From: Toensbergia leucococca
Taxonomy: Eukaryota
Reading direction: 5' to 3'
NCBI GenBank assembly: GCA_022813965.1
Contig: JALDZS010000089.1
Span: forward strand, 62,001-89,463
DNA length: 27,463 bases
Below the pieces are notes generated by a model. It was not told the DNA's origin and ran no database searches. It was given only the letters and a program-made list of their open reading frames with translations. This document shows positions 1-10,352 of the stretch, piece by piece (within the stretch, counting starts at the first letter, position 1; each line of letters starts with the position of its first letter). The translations under genes and the position numbers were made by a program.

Positions 1-43
1 ATCTTCTGTTCCTGGTCAGCCTCATAATCTTACGTTCCCTCAG

Positions 44-712
44 ATCGTAATGCGGCTTTCCAAACCCGATGCTCTTGATCCAAGCAAACGTCGACATTTT
101 GAAATATCTATCGATTCTCCTTTTCATATTCTATCTTGCCAGGCAACTCAGGCGAACATCGCTCTCCCGGCCTATTCATCTCCGGAGTCAGCTACTCTGT
201 TGACCGACCATTACGAGTGTGGCTGTCCTGGAGCTCCCAAACGTCGAAACTCTCCATCTACTATACTGCCAACTTTGAGAGATTTTCGGAATGAAAATGA
301 TGACTCTGCATCGAGCTCCCCAAGCTCTTCCAACGTCTCTGTCTCATCTCCCCTCCATACCAATCTGGCACGACCGCAAGCTGCACATATCCGAGGAGAC
401 CCGAATTCGGGCGTTAGCCGACCAATCCATCTATTACGCAATCCCTCTTTCAATCCTCCAGCTTTCGAAGACGAAGAGGCTCCGCCTCCACTAATAACGC
501 CACCACCTCAGTATGAGACTATAGTTGGAGGTGACCCAAGGAGTGGTTTAGCGGACTACTTCTCTAGATTGGCAGATGAAGTGGGTGAGGATGAGGATGA
601 AAACATGAGTAGGTCAAGGATGGAGCTCCCTCTTACTCCCGGTGGACGAGTCAACAGGAGTATGGATGAGAGGAGGACATGGGAGCCGATTGGACACGCG
701 GTTGCGCAGTGA
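44..712 (+). CDS. creD: 3' terminal exon of an alpha-arrestin / HECT ubiquitin ligase adaptor (CreD/Rod1-like); gene begins upstream of the window
   Basis: A CAG acceptor at 41-43 is followed by IVMRLSKPD..KRRHFEISIDSPFHILSCQATQANIALPAY, the end of the arrestin-C domain of CreD-type proteins. PY motifs are LPAY and PPQY (503-514), followed by GLADYFSRL and LPLTPGGRVNRSMD. Stop TGA at 710-712. Confidence 0.85.
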   Translation: MVMRLSKPDALDPSKRRHFEISIDSPFHILSCQATQANIALPAYSSPESATLLTDHYECGCPGAPKRRNSPSTILPTLRDFRNENDDSASSSPSSSNVSVSSPLHTNLARPQAAHIRGDPNSGVSRPIHLLRNPSFNPPAFEDEEAPPPLITPPPQYETIVGGDPRSGLADYFSRLADEVGEDEDENMSRSRMELPLTPGGRVNRSMDERRTWEPIGHAVAQ

Positions 713-1376
713 GATACAGAAGAGGGCAGATGCAATGAAAACTAACGACGGTTGTGCTATCAAGTGTAACAACACACGGGAAGCTGGAACAGGCATTTGA
801 TCGAGGTTGCGGAAGCTTAGTATTTAGCTGCATTGCATACAGGAGCAAGGAGTTGGGGCCGAGCTTGGACTTGTGGGATGTTAAGGTCGAGCATGTTCAT
901 ATCTGATCTATGCTTTTGAATTTACAACTATTAGGATACTTGAAGCAATTTGGTGAGATAGATACTCAGTCGTTGCCAGAAGTGAAATCAAGATGATCAT
1001 CCCCTCCGAATTAAAAATTAGAGGCTCAACATGAGGCCGAATTCTGACTGGGCACCCTCGGTAAAATGACAAGCCAATAGGTAACCAGATTTACTACCAG
1101 GGAGTCATCATCATGCCGTTTCTGTATGAGGAGCTGGACGAGATTTCAAAGCAGCATCATACCCCGCTGACAAATGGCAAATTCCCACCTACTGACTGCT
1201 GCAGTGCTGCCCCTCTCATGCACAGTTCCGATGACCTCACCATTGTATAGAAATAGGTCCGACGTTGCCAGACTTCCTTTCCCTTCATGCTTCGTTCATC
1301 GCAGCGAGCAATTGGAATATTATATCACATCGCTGCTCCCGTCAACAGGCCCATTACTACACTTAGTTCACGCGCC

Positions 1377-2379
1377 ATGTCTCACTCCCTTTATCAAGAA
1401 GATACCCCGGCCGACGTGAAGAATGCCAAGGTGAGTAAATGGGAAGGCAGAAGATGGAAGAGGCTGTCCTTTGAGCTTGGGCTTACCACCTCCTTCTAGG
1501 GCCTTCATCTCATTACACAAAGTACCCCCAATGGCCAAAAGGTGCAGATTATGCTCGAGGAGCTTAAGGAAATATATGGTACCGAATGGACCACCACGTT
1601 CATGTAATCATCCCTCGACTTGTCCACAAGTGCACCGAGTCTTGACCGTATTGGCTTAGCAATATCATGACCAACGAGCAAAAGAAGGATTGGTTTCTCC
1701 GACTCAATCCCAATGGTAAACATGCTTCCCATCTCCAAAATCTCCGATGACCTGTCCTTGTACTAATTAATGAAATCAGGCCGTATCCCAGTTCTAGTCG
1801 ACAATACCCAGTCTCCTCCCTTCACCGTTATGGAGACCAGCGCAGAGCTACTCTACCTCCTAAAATTCGCCGACAAAGACGACGTCTTCGGCTTCAAAGA
1901 CGAACTCGAACGCAGTCAAGCCCTGCAATGGCTTTTCTTCTGGCACGGAAGCGGTGCTCCCTACCAAGGCCAAATGAACCACTTCAACAAGTTCGCAAAG
2001 GACAAGATCCCATGTAAATGATCATCTACACTGATTGATTTTTTTTTTAAAAAAAAATATGATAAAGAGAGTAATCTGACTGTAGAAATCAGATGCCATT
2101 GAGCGCTTCAAGAACGAAACTCTCCGCGTCTACGGCGTGCTCGAGATCCAACTGTCCGGTAAATATACCGGCGAGCCTCGCGAATACCTTGCGGGCGCCG
2201 GCAAGGGCAAATACTCAATCGCTGACATCGGAACCTGGCCCTGGGTCAAGGGGTGGGCATTCTCGGGCTTTGAGGAGAAGGATATGAAGGCTTTCCCGCA
2301 TTTGCTGCAGTGGATTGATCGGATCAAGGAGCGTCCGGCGGTGAAGATTGGGACGGGGGAGAAATATAGCCCCAAGTGA
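1377..2379 (+). CDS. Glutathione S-transferase, Ure2/YfcG(YghU)-like; exons 1377-1430, 1500-1603, 1660-1715, 1780-2013, 2093-2379
   Basis: Four GT..AG introns join into one frame: MSHSLYQEDTPADVKNAKGLHLITQSTPNGQKVQIMLEEL..EQKKDWFLRLNPNGRIPVLVD..ETSAELLYL..YAIERFKNETLRVYGVLE..YSIADIGTWPWV..FPHLLQWIDRIKERPAV. The TPNG, NPNGRIP and SIADI motifs are typical of this GST class. There is no N/Q prion domain. Confidence 0.92.
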
Positions 2380-3206
2380 GAATAGGGGAAGAAGAGTTTT
2401 GGATTTAGATTTTTAATTCATCTAAGATAAAACTCCTTTTCAACTGTTCGTCGCTTGCTGTTATGTGCCCTGTAGTGTTGACGACTCGTTCGAAGCAGCT
2501 GCTAGGAATTTTTTATTCTCTTTTTTCAATTCTGATCTTACGGCTGCAATGCTACGTCTCGGATTACTGTCCTGATTTTTTTCACTCCCATCAAGTCGTT
2601 CGAAAACATTAACCTCTTACTGGCTTTTGTCCAAAGCTTCATACCTTTTTTTTTCTTTTTTTCTTCTTTTTTTTCTCCTAGATCTTCTCCATCGCAGATT
2701 TTGTGACTGTGCAAATTGCATTGGTGGGTATGATTGTGGATTCAATCACGAATGGGTGCGTCGTCTACTTTTGTTTCTTTTTGAGCGGTTATTTGGATGT
2801 TTGTTGGACGCTGTGTGATGTGCGTTGGGAAATTTTTTTGTCCATACCTAGGGAGTCAAAAGATAGAGAGCTTAGGAGTTTTGTGCTTTTTGGAATGTTT
2901 TTTTTGTTTACGTTGTGTGTCTTTTTGATATGGGATCTGTTTTAAAGTATGTGTGTGTTTTACAAGACTGTATGTTCAGAGATAAATACCAATTCGCCTT
3001 GTCGGTATTTTTCTTCTCCGACTATTTTTCATATCGTGTACTATTGATACACCAGACTATGTGCGTCTACCAAAAATTATATGTTCAAAGATACAACTCC
3101 GCCTCACCAGCATTTTTCCTTCTCAGAATATATTCACCCCATCTGATCTCCAATCATCTCTCTCGTTCACCCTCACAACCACCTTCTCATTCCTTGGAAA
3201 ATCCAT

Positions 3207-4019
3207 TCAAAGACCAGACAGCTCGACCACAAACGCCGCCGCTTGTCCTGCATTGAGGGCGTAATCCAGGTGGGGCGGCAGGATCGCATCGCCGTGAAGG
3301 CATATATCATCGCCGACGTGACAAATGATTAGCACCTTGGAGGAGGGAATGCTGCCGACAGCTTCGCCGTTGTCTGGGTCGCCGAATATCACAACTAGCA
3401 ATTCTCAGCAACAGATTTTTTTCTCCTTGACAAGAGCGGGCCCATACCGGAGTTGACCTTGGCTGTCAATGCGGGGGATAGCATTGCGGCCGCTTTGTGG
3501 ACGAGCTGGCCTCCTTGGCTGTCAAGGCGTCTTTTTAGCAGATTGTCTTAATGGAGATGGGGACTTCCTTACCTGTATCCAGACATGACAATTTTCGTAC
3601 CCGGGCATTGCGTTGCAGCCTAGCGTCTATGAGACAGGATTCTTTCACAATTTTTCCATCACGCAGATCCAGCTCACCTGATTGACCAAATTTGCCATTG
3701 TTGTGGCGCCCGTAGGATCGCCGCCTTCGAGGAAACCCGCAATGCTGGCCGGGTAGTCGACGCCCTGAAGCGCCACGTCGACAGACCCAATGTCTGCGTA
3801 CAGCGCCTCGAAAAAGGGAGGTCCGGCAAGAGTGCCGACGTTGCCGGACTCGGTGGTGCCTCGGGCGAAAATCACTGTTAGGGCTTTGCAGACGCCGTCG
3901 ACGAGATCGTTCTCTGTGTCGGAAGCTTGGCGGGCTGCGATGGCTTTTGGGATAGGGGCTGGAGCAGCGAAGCTGTGTACCGCGAGAGTCAGTATGGTGA
4001 GTGCAGTCGATGGCTTCAT
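3207..4019 (-). CDS. Secreted cutinase (CE5); exons 4019-3678, 3619-3573, 3518-3448, 3394-3207
   Basis: Signal peptide MKPSTALTILTLAVHSFA, then VIFARGTTESGNVG and GVDYPA. Splicing gives QCPGTKIVMSGYSQGGQLVH (nucleophile GYSQG), VVIFGDP, CHVGDDIC (Asp) and PPHLDY (His). All three introns are GT..AG with branch sites. Confidence 0.95.
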
Positions 4020-4228
4020 GATTGAAGATTGAGAAAAGTGTTAGGGTCTTAAAAAATCCTGCTCAAATGTTAGCAAGTCGAAGAGATCTGTGCGATGCGA
4101 ATAGGGAACGTATTTGTCGGCTACATGACTGATTAATATACTCGGTGACAACCCCTGGGACCTTTCAAGTCCGCTTCACTTGGAAGGCTATTGTGGGTGC
4201 TTCCAAAGAGGGATTCTTTTTGATTGAG

Positions 4229-4234
4229 CCGAGG
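4229..4234. promoter_or_regulatory. Candidate CTF1/FarA-FarB site (CCGAGG) upstream of the cutinase
   Basis: GAGCCGAGG lies about 210 bp upstream of the cutinase ATG. CCGAGG/CCTCGG is the known core bound by FarA/FarB-type (cutinase transcription factor) Zn2Cys6 proteins. A hexamer alone is weak evidence. Confidence 0.35.
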
Positions 4235-5692
4235 AAGATGGACATTGCCCCTCATAAACCCAGGAAAACTAATATGCGGAGATGGGATCTGTTAATAGCT
4301 TGCACGTCGCTACCTACAACAAGAACGATCTTGGGACCAATCATTCCATTTGTGTCATGGCGATCAGGAGAGAGTCCGGCATGAGAAGGGATGCTCCTGG
4401 AATGGCCACTGTCGTATTGAAGGCCCATGCACCTTCATGATAGCATCGTGTGATAATGTGACGGCCATTGCGATTTCGGAGAGCGGGGAAGCACTATTGA
4501 TTGGATATTTGCTTTTGATGAAGCCAAAAGTGTGCGGCACAGGCCCCTATGGCATGCATATTGACAGGCACGAGAAGCTTGATTCTCGATCAAGTACCGA
4601 GTCAATTAGCTCCCTCAGTCTTAGATCTTTTGGCTGTGGCGTCTTAGATCCACTGTTTGGGATGTGACAACGGGTACCTGTCTCTCCGGTCTTTGAAACG
4701 AGGTTTCCAAAGCCCGAGTCAAATGGTATAGACCCGCATAAGCTATTGATAGCTTTGTCGTGATCGCAACGGCCAATGACTGACTGACTCCAATCTTGCT
4801 GCTGAATTCCGGCTCTTCGTTACCTTTTGACGTTGGGCCTAGGTATTGAGGGTATCTAGCTTTATGAACTGCCGGGGCTAGAAGTCTGTCTCCGCCGCTT
4901 TCATTCGGTCTGTGCGCCACTGGACCGATCTTAAGCTTGTACTAACCCTTTAGAGTTTCGCCGTTGTATTTGAGGGCCACCTCTTTGCACATACATTAAA
5001 ATATCAAATCGAGATATGAGGGGAAGGCCTTGGCTCCACGGTCTCATTATGACCAAGCTTACATCATAGCTGTAAGATCACTTTCGAGGATTGAAAATTT
5101 TTCGTACTCTGCTCCAAAATGCTTTTAATGAGTAAGGTAAGTCACCAAATTTGCCATTACCTAGCCTTGGGCAGAGCTTGGTATTCGGTGCAATTCGTAT
5201 TCCAAGACTCGGACTCGTGGATCTTCCAGCCTATTTGACGGTTAATTACGCTCCCAGTGTTACATGACTTGCTTCTGTCCGCTGGTGACGCATGAGTACC
5301 TGTGCCTTTTTAATCATGTTGAAAAGCAAGCATCAGTATATGTTCCTTTTTGACTTGGGTCAGTGGAGTTGAACAAGAATAAAGAAAGGAGATGAAGTTG
5401 ACTTTTGAGGTTTCCTCTTCCTGAAAACAGTAATTGAAGTCCATCGCCGGTGGCACTTAAGGGCATGAGGTTCTTAGACTGTTGTTGTGAGGACAATTTT
5501 GGAAGTAGTATCAAGTCTCTCTAAGGAGCAAGGTACGGCGGCGGTTGAATGTCGCGGATGCTGGAAACTGAGAAATGCTAGAACCCCTGATATAATACGC
5601 CAACTCCATGGAAAAGTACAGCAATTCATGGTCCTCTATGGTGGACCGTGCCGGAGTGAAGTCTTGTATCAGGGTTCGCTCTTTTTCCATGA

Positions 5693-6370
5693 TCAGGTCT
5701 TAGTTTCCTTTTGCCCGGAAACACTCGGGACGTCCTTGAGGCATCAAAAGCTGTATGGAACTTAACAAAGCTCGGCTTAGCTGACGGTGGAAAAGTAATG
5801 TAAAGACCACCGAGAGGCTTTTCTTTTTCAAGACTGAATATGTCTGACTCATACATAAAGTTGATCGGGGTCTCATTATCTTGGCCCGCAATTACTCCCA
5901 GCAAGATTGACTTTCGGAGTCTACCGAACGGCGTCAGTGTGTCATTGAAGGAAATGAGAGGATTCTTAAGCAGGACAAATAGCAAGCTTTGCGGACATGA
6001 ACAGACATGGGACGTCGTAGCAATACCAAGGAGGCTTCTCAAGACCCTGTAATGGGAATGACAATAGATTCTGGGTCAGCGGGAAAAAGCTAATCAATCA
6101 ATGATCATTTGGTCGTGCTTGACCACCTCAATCCGGTAAAATCCAATTCACAAGAAACCTATTCAAAGCCAAAAGAAATTATGACAAAAACGTTTAAAAT
6201 CATACCAAAGTACGACTTGCCGAATGGCTTGCCTGCATTTGAGAAAGTCACGATAAGTGCCGATTCAGTACAATCTCGATATGAATCCTTTCTTCAAGTG
6301 CAGATCTAATAAAAGAGCTTGTCTACTTAGGAGCTGCTGTATGAAACGTTTCTGTCCAATTTTGTAGTAT
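5693..6370 (+). pseudogene. Possible decayed spliced gene of unknown family
   Basis: An intron-like segment at 5795-5860 (GTAATG, CTGAC at 5844, AAG) joins DVLEASKAVWNLTKLGLADGGK in frame to LIGVSLSWPAITPSKIDF... A second GTAATG donor at 6049 and GCTAAT at 6089 lack an AG acceptor. The downstream frame 6109-6309 ends in stops. No family recognised. Confidence 0.25.
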
Positions 6371-7067
6371 AAAGTACTCTTCAAAAAGCGGTTGTTTGAG
6401 GCCAACATTCAAAGCGGTTCCCAGGAGGACTCTGTGCAGCCTAGCACTTGTCCGCCGATACTAGATGGAGCAGTTTATTGACAACAAAGTTCAAGTCGAA
6501 GGGAATGCAGTCAAGATTGAAGGTTCCTACTTGGTGAAATGACCTCGGTAGGCATTTAACCGTTCCAACGCATGAGATGATGCGACGACCCAATGGTCGC
6601 ACGACACAGCCGCCAGTATTGGTGGTAAAGATCGCGTAGAAGATGACGCTGATAGAAAGTGTTTCTAATTATGGGCCGGTTTGGGGGTTAGTTTTATGTC
6701 ATGGACTGAGGCGAAGTCAATACTTTTCCAAACCTTGTATTGAAGTTTTAAGTCTGTAGGTGTCGCAGAAGGGAATTTTTAGGTCACAATTAAAAGTAAT
6801 TTCGTGGCATGCTGTTTCTGGGGTTTCTTGCCCTACGGTAGGGATCAAAATAGATCGCCGATCTCGCTACCACAATTTCCATGACTGAGGACGCCACTCG
6901 CTCCTCACACCGGAAATGCTGCAGTACTGCGAGGCTTTGTACCTTATCCCCGCATATATTGCCAAAATCTACCATCATTGTTCCGTCTCTCATTCATTCT
7001 TCGACCTCGACGAGTAGTACTCTTCACATTGTACCCTGCCAAACTATATTTTTGACACAAAGCCGCA

Positions 7068-7087
7068 GTCTTGTCTTGTCTTGTCTT
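7068..7087 (+). repeat. (GTCTT)4 microsatellite in the kinase upstream region
   Basis: Four exact GTCTT copies read directly. Confidence 0.8.
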
Positions 7088-7502
7088 ACCGTCTTCAAAC
7101 AATCTTGATACGAACACTACCAGAGACCGCAGATAACAAAGACTCTTTCTTTCCCCATAAACCTCGACGCTTGACACATCGAATATTGGTACCAATCATA
7201 ACCGGCCATCTCCGCCTAATTCCTTTCCCAACCATAGTTTGTTCACGAGACAATCTCCCCCAAAGCAAGGACAGAAACACCGCATTGGCAGGGGGTTTCC
7301 ATCCGCCGCAAGCTCTTCGGGCCAACTAGGAAGCCTCTGCAGCTCCCTGATCTGCCTTGTACACCTTCACAATCATAACTTCGACGCTTTATCGGCGATT
7401 CGCAGCAGCAAGAGGAGCGGCAAAGACTCGCTGCGGCGTCTCGGAGCTAGCTTTGCGCCTAGTCCGCACGAAGAAACACATCACTATATTAATTCGTGGG
7501 GC

Positions 7503-9494
7503 ATGGCATGCGACTTACACGCGAGATTCCGAAACTTGAGAATAGCTACCTCTGACTCGAACACCCCCACGTCGACCATCGGGCCTTCTCTCAACCGCAA
7601 CAATGGCCGTAACGGAGCTAGTTACCACGCAAACCTAGCAATTGCGAGCTGCTGGGAACCTTCCTTGCAATGGGAGCCCCAAGGAACTCAACAAGGCTTG
7701 ATAAGAGCTGCGGACACTGGCTTAGGTTACTTCGGTCTTGCTAATACTGAAGATTATGCATCCACACCGCCAATCGATGTGCCGGCTTCTAATGCAGACG
7801 CCTTGGAATGCCCACGCACAGAGGTCCATAAGGACTCAACCCACCAATCTCGTTACTATGAGATTTCACCTCTCGAGGAGTTTCTTCGAAACCGAAGAAC
7901 CTCCATCAGCTTCAATCCACAGGTCACCTTAGATTCGGGTCATCGTCGACCCCTTGAGGCACCCTTACCAAAGCTTGACATTAAAACGACTCTCGACAGC
8001 GAGAGATTTCATGATGCCTACGATCCTCCTACTACGAAACCGCTGATATCATCGACCACGCAAGAGCAACCAGTAATTTTCGAAGGGTCAACAGATAACC
8101 AATTCCGTTATCCTCTTTTCGAGTCGACTAGACGCGGCCTTGTAAGTCTCCCAGTGGGTTCCGACTCTGAACAAGGAGCATCCTTGACTTCGGGCTCCAC
8201 TGCATCCCCAAGAGTAGAAGAGATACGAACGCCCACCGAAGAACCAATGGAGTGCCTACTCTCTCCTATGTCCGCTTACTCGCCATTCCATCATCCCACC
8301 TCCCTCGAAGAATCGAGTGCTTGGCCGAAAGTACGGCGGCGAGGATCTATGTCTGGGTCCAGGGCGAAAAGTTTCACATTTGAGAAACCGGGCGGTATAC
8401 GTCAAGCTCGACGGCAAAGTTCCCGCCGATCCACGTCTGCTGCATCGATGTCACCAGCCTCGGCCTATCTACTGAAGTGGGCTAGGGAAGACTTTCCTCC
8501 GGCCCCGGATGACGAAGGACAGGAGGTGGGAGATTATGTTCTGGGTAGACAAATTGGCTGGGGAGGATTTAGTGTAGTGAAGGAAGCGTTCACAATAGAA
8601 GGCAAAGAGCGTCTCCGCCGTGCCGTCAAGATTGTACGAAGAGAGGTTCCGGGCAAGGCAGATATGGAGAACGAGCGGCTGCAAGCGGAATTTGAGCACG
8701 AGGTCGGCCTTTGGCGATGTTTAAGCCACCGTCACATTCTTCCACTCATCGCTGTCTACGTTTCGGATTATGCCACATTTTGCTTCATGCAACTCAACAC
8801 TGGCGGCACTCTTTACGACTTGATCCGATCAAATCGGCAAGGTCTTCAACGAGATCTTGCACGACGATATGCTTACCAGCTAGCTTCCGCAGTTCGATAC
8901 CTTCACGAGGATGTGCGAGTCGTACACCGAGACATAAAGTTGGAAAATTGCCTGATCGATCTTTCATGCCCGAGTGCTGCTGCTGAAGGGGGAAACATTT
9001 TGCTGTGCGATTTCGGTCTTGCCGAGTTTGTGACGAGCGACAATAGAAGCAACTCGCCCGATCCTTATGAGAGAGCGACCGATAGACAAGAGCCAAGAAA
9101 TATTGGACCATCCGACACTAGCACGTCAATAGCAGGCAGTTTGCAGTACGCGTCTCCCGAGCTGATCATGAGTCCAGCCGGTTTGCTCAGTACCGCAGTG
9201 GACATGTGGGCCTTTGGCGTGGTAGTTTACGCGTTGCTGGTCGGTGACCTCCCCTTCCAGCATGTGTTACAACCACGTGTTCAGATGATGATACTTGCTG
9301 GCGAATGGAACCGAGACGTATTGAGGCGGGCCAAGGGTTCCACGACCACAGACGACGAAGGTGCGGAGCTCGTTATTGGCTGCTTAGAAATGCAAGTCGA
9401 AGACCGTTGGAGCATTGCCCAGGTGCTCGAAAGTCGGTGGCTCAATGGCTGTCAGGAAATGCTTGAAGAGATTAGCGAGAGCTGGAAGCTTTAA
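7503..9494 (+). CDS. Ser/Thr protein kinase, Nnk1 (nitrogen network kinase)-like; intronless, with a long disordered N-terminus
   Basis: First in-frame ATG at 7503 (MACDLHARFRNL). Kinase motifs are DDEGQEVGDYVLGRQIGWGGFSVV, AVKIV, HRDIKLEN, LCDFGLA, an insert-bearing activation loop to GSLQYASPE, and DMWAFGV. The DDEGQ..GxGGFS signature fits Nnk1-like fungal kinases. The subfamily call is from recall. Confidence 0.9.
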   Translation: MACDLHARFRNLRIATSDSNTPTSTIGPSLNRNNGRNGASYHANLAIASCWEPSLQWEPQGTQQGLIRAADTGLGYFGLANTEDYASTPPIDVPASNADALECPRTEVHKDSTHQSRYYEISPLEEFLRNRRTSISFNPQVTLDSGHRRPLEAPLPKLDIKTTLDSERFHDAYDPPTTKPLISSTTQEQPVIFEGSTDNQFRYPLFESTRRGLVSLPVGSDSEQGASLTSGSTASPRVEEIRTPTEEPMECLLSPMSAYSPFHHPTSLEESSAWPKVRRRGSMSGSRAKSFTFEKPGGIRQARRQSSRRSTSAASMSPASAYLLKWAREDFPPAPDDEGQEVGDYVLGRQIGWGGFSVVKEAFTIEGKERLRRAVKIVRREVPGKADMENERLQAEFEHEVGLWRCLSHRHILPLIAVYVSDYATFCFMQLNTGGTLYDLIRSNRQGLQRDLARRYAYQLASAVRYLHEDVRVVHRDIKLENCLIDLSCPSAAAEGGNILLCDFGLAEFVTSDNRSNSPDPYERATDRQEPRNIGPSDTSTSIAGSLQYASPELIMSPAGLLSTAVDMWAFGVVVYALLVGDLPFQHVLQPRVQMMILAGEWNRDVLRRAKGSTTTDDEGAELVIGCLEMQVEDRWSIAQVLESRWLNGCQEMLEEISESWKL

Positions 9495-10352
9495 GAGAGT
9501 GTGCTCCACTGGATGGAAAGTTGCATCTCACGGCAATCGATTAGTCGCTGGACGAACGTTAGGGTTTTATATATGACTGGCTACGACTCACGACTCTGTG
9601 ACACGCATATAGGCATTGGTGGGATTATAGGAGTAGGACATTTGGATTTGATCAAGTTTCTCGTTTTTTCTTCAGGATACCCAACTTTCCGCCTTCATCA
9701 GATGCAGCTTAAATTCACCGCCCTCATTCATCATTCTTCGACTTCAATGTCGCTTTCAACTTTTGCTTCAATTTATGGCTACTCATGCAGTTTTGTCTTG
9801 GAAAGGTTTCTTGCTCTTCAACATTCACGCATGACCTTGTCATAGAGTATCCTTTACCCTGTAATCATAATATACCAATTCAACACTGTATTGAAGACAT
9901 GGATATTTTTCATTTCCAACAAATTTCCTCCCGTGATTGTAGTCAATAAGTCAACTCATTTACCAACACCTACCTCAATTCCGGGGTTCTATTCCATGGG
10001 GCCTTGGTTAGAGTAGCCAAGGATAATTATCTACATAACAGTCAACAAGGACGGTAGGTTGCTAATCAGGCGTGTTTTGGATAGACGTTAATGAGAGGGT
10101 TAAGGGGAGGTTTTTAATTTGTTTTAAGAAGTTCAATCCAATTGTATGAGTAGCATTGATCAACAATGAGAGTTTGATAGATTACTCCGTAGGGCTGATA
10201 TGGATTAAAGTTCTAGCGTCTCGTGTATCTAAATTCGTTGCCCGAATATGCGAGTACCGCAACATCAATTACTTGCATAATTGGGGAGAAATGTCATGCT
10301 CAGCCTAAGGATCCATCAGAGGACTCACTTTGTCCCATAACTCTCTCTCGGC

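Noticed and set aside
2039..2057. T10A9 palindrome in GST intron 4
   Set aside because: These are adjacent homopolymers inside an otherwise normal intron, with no flanking TIR or TSD.
5626..6042. 138-aa minus-strand ORF
   Set aside because: It has a non-ATG start and no motif, and the splice signals here favour the + strand.
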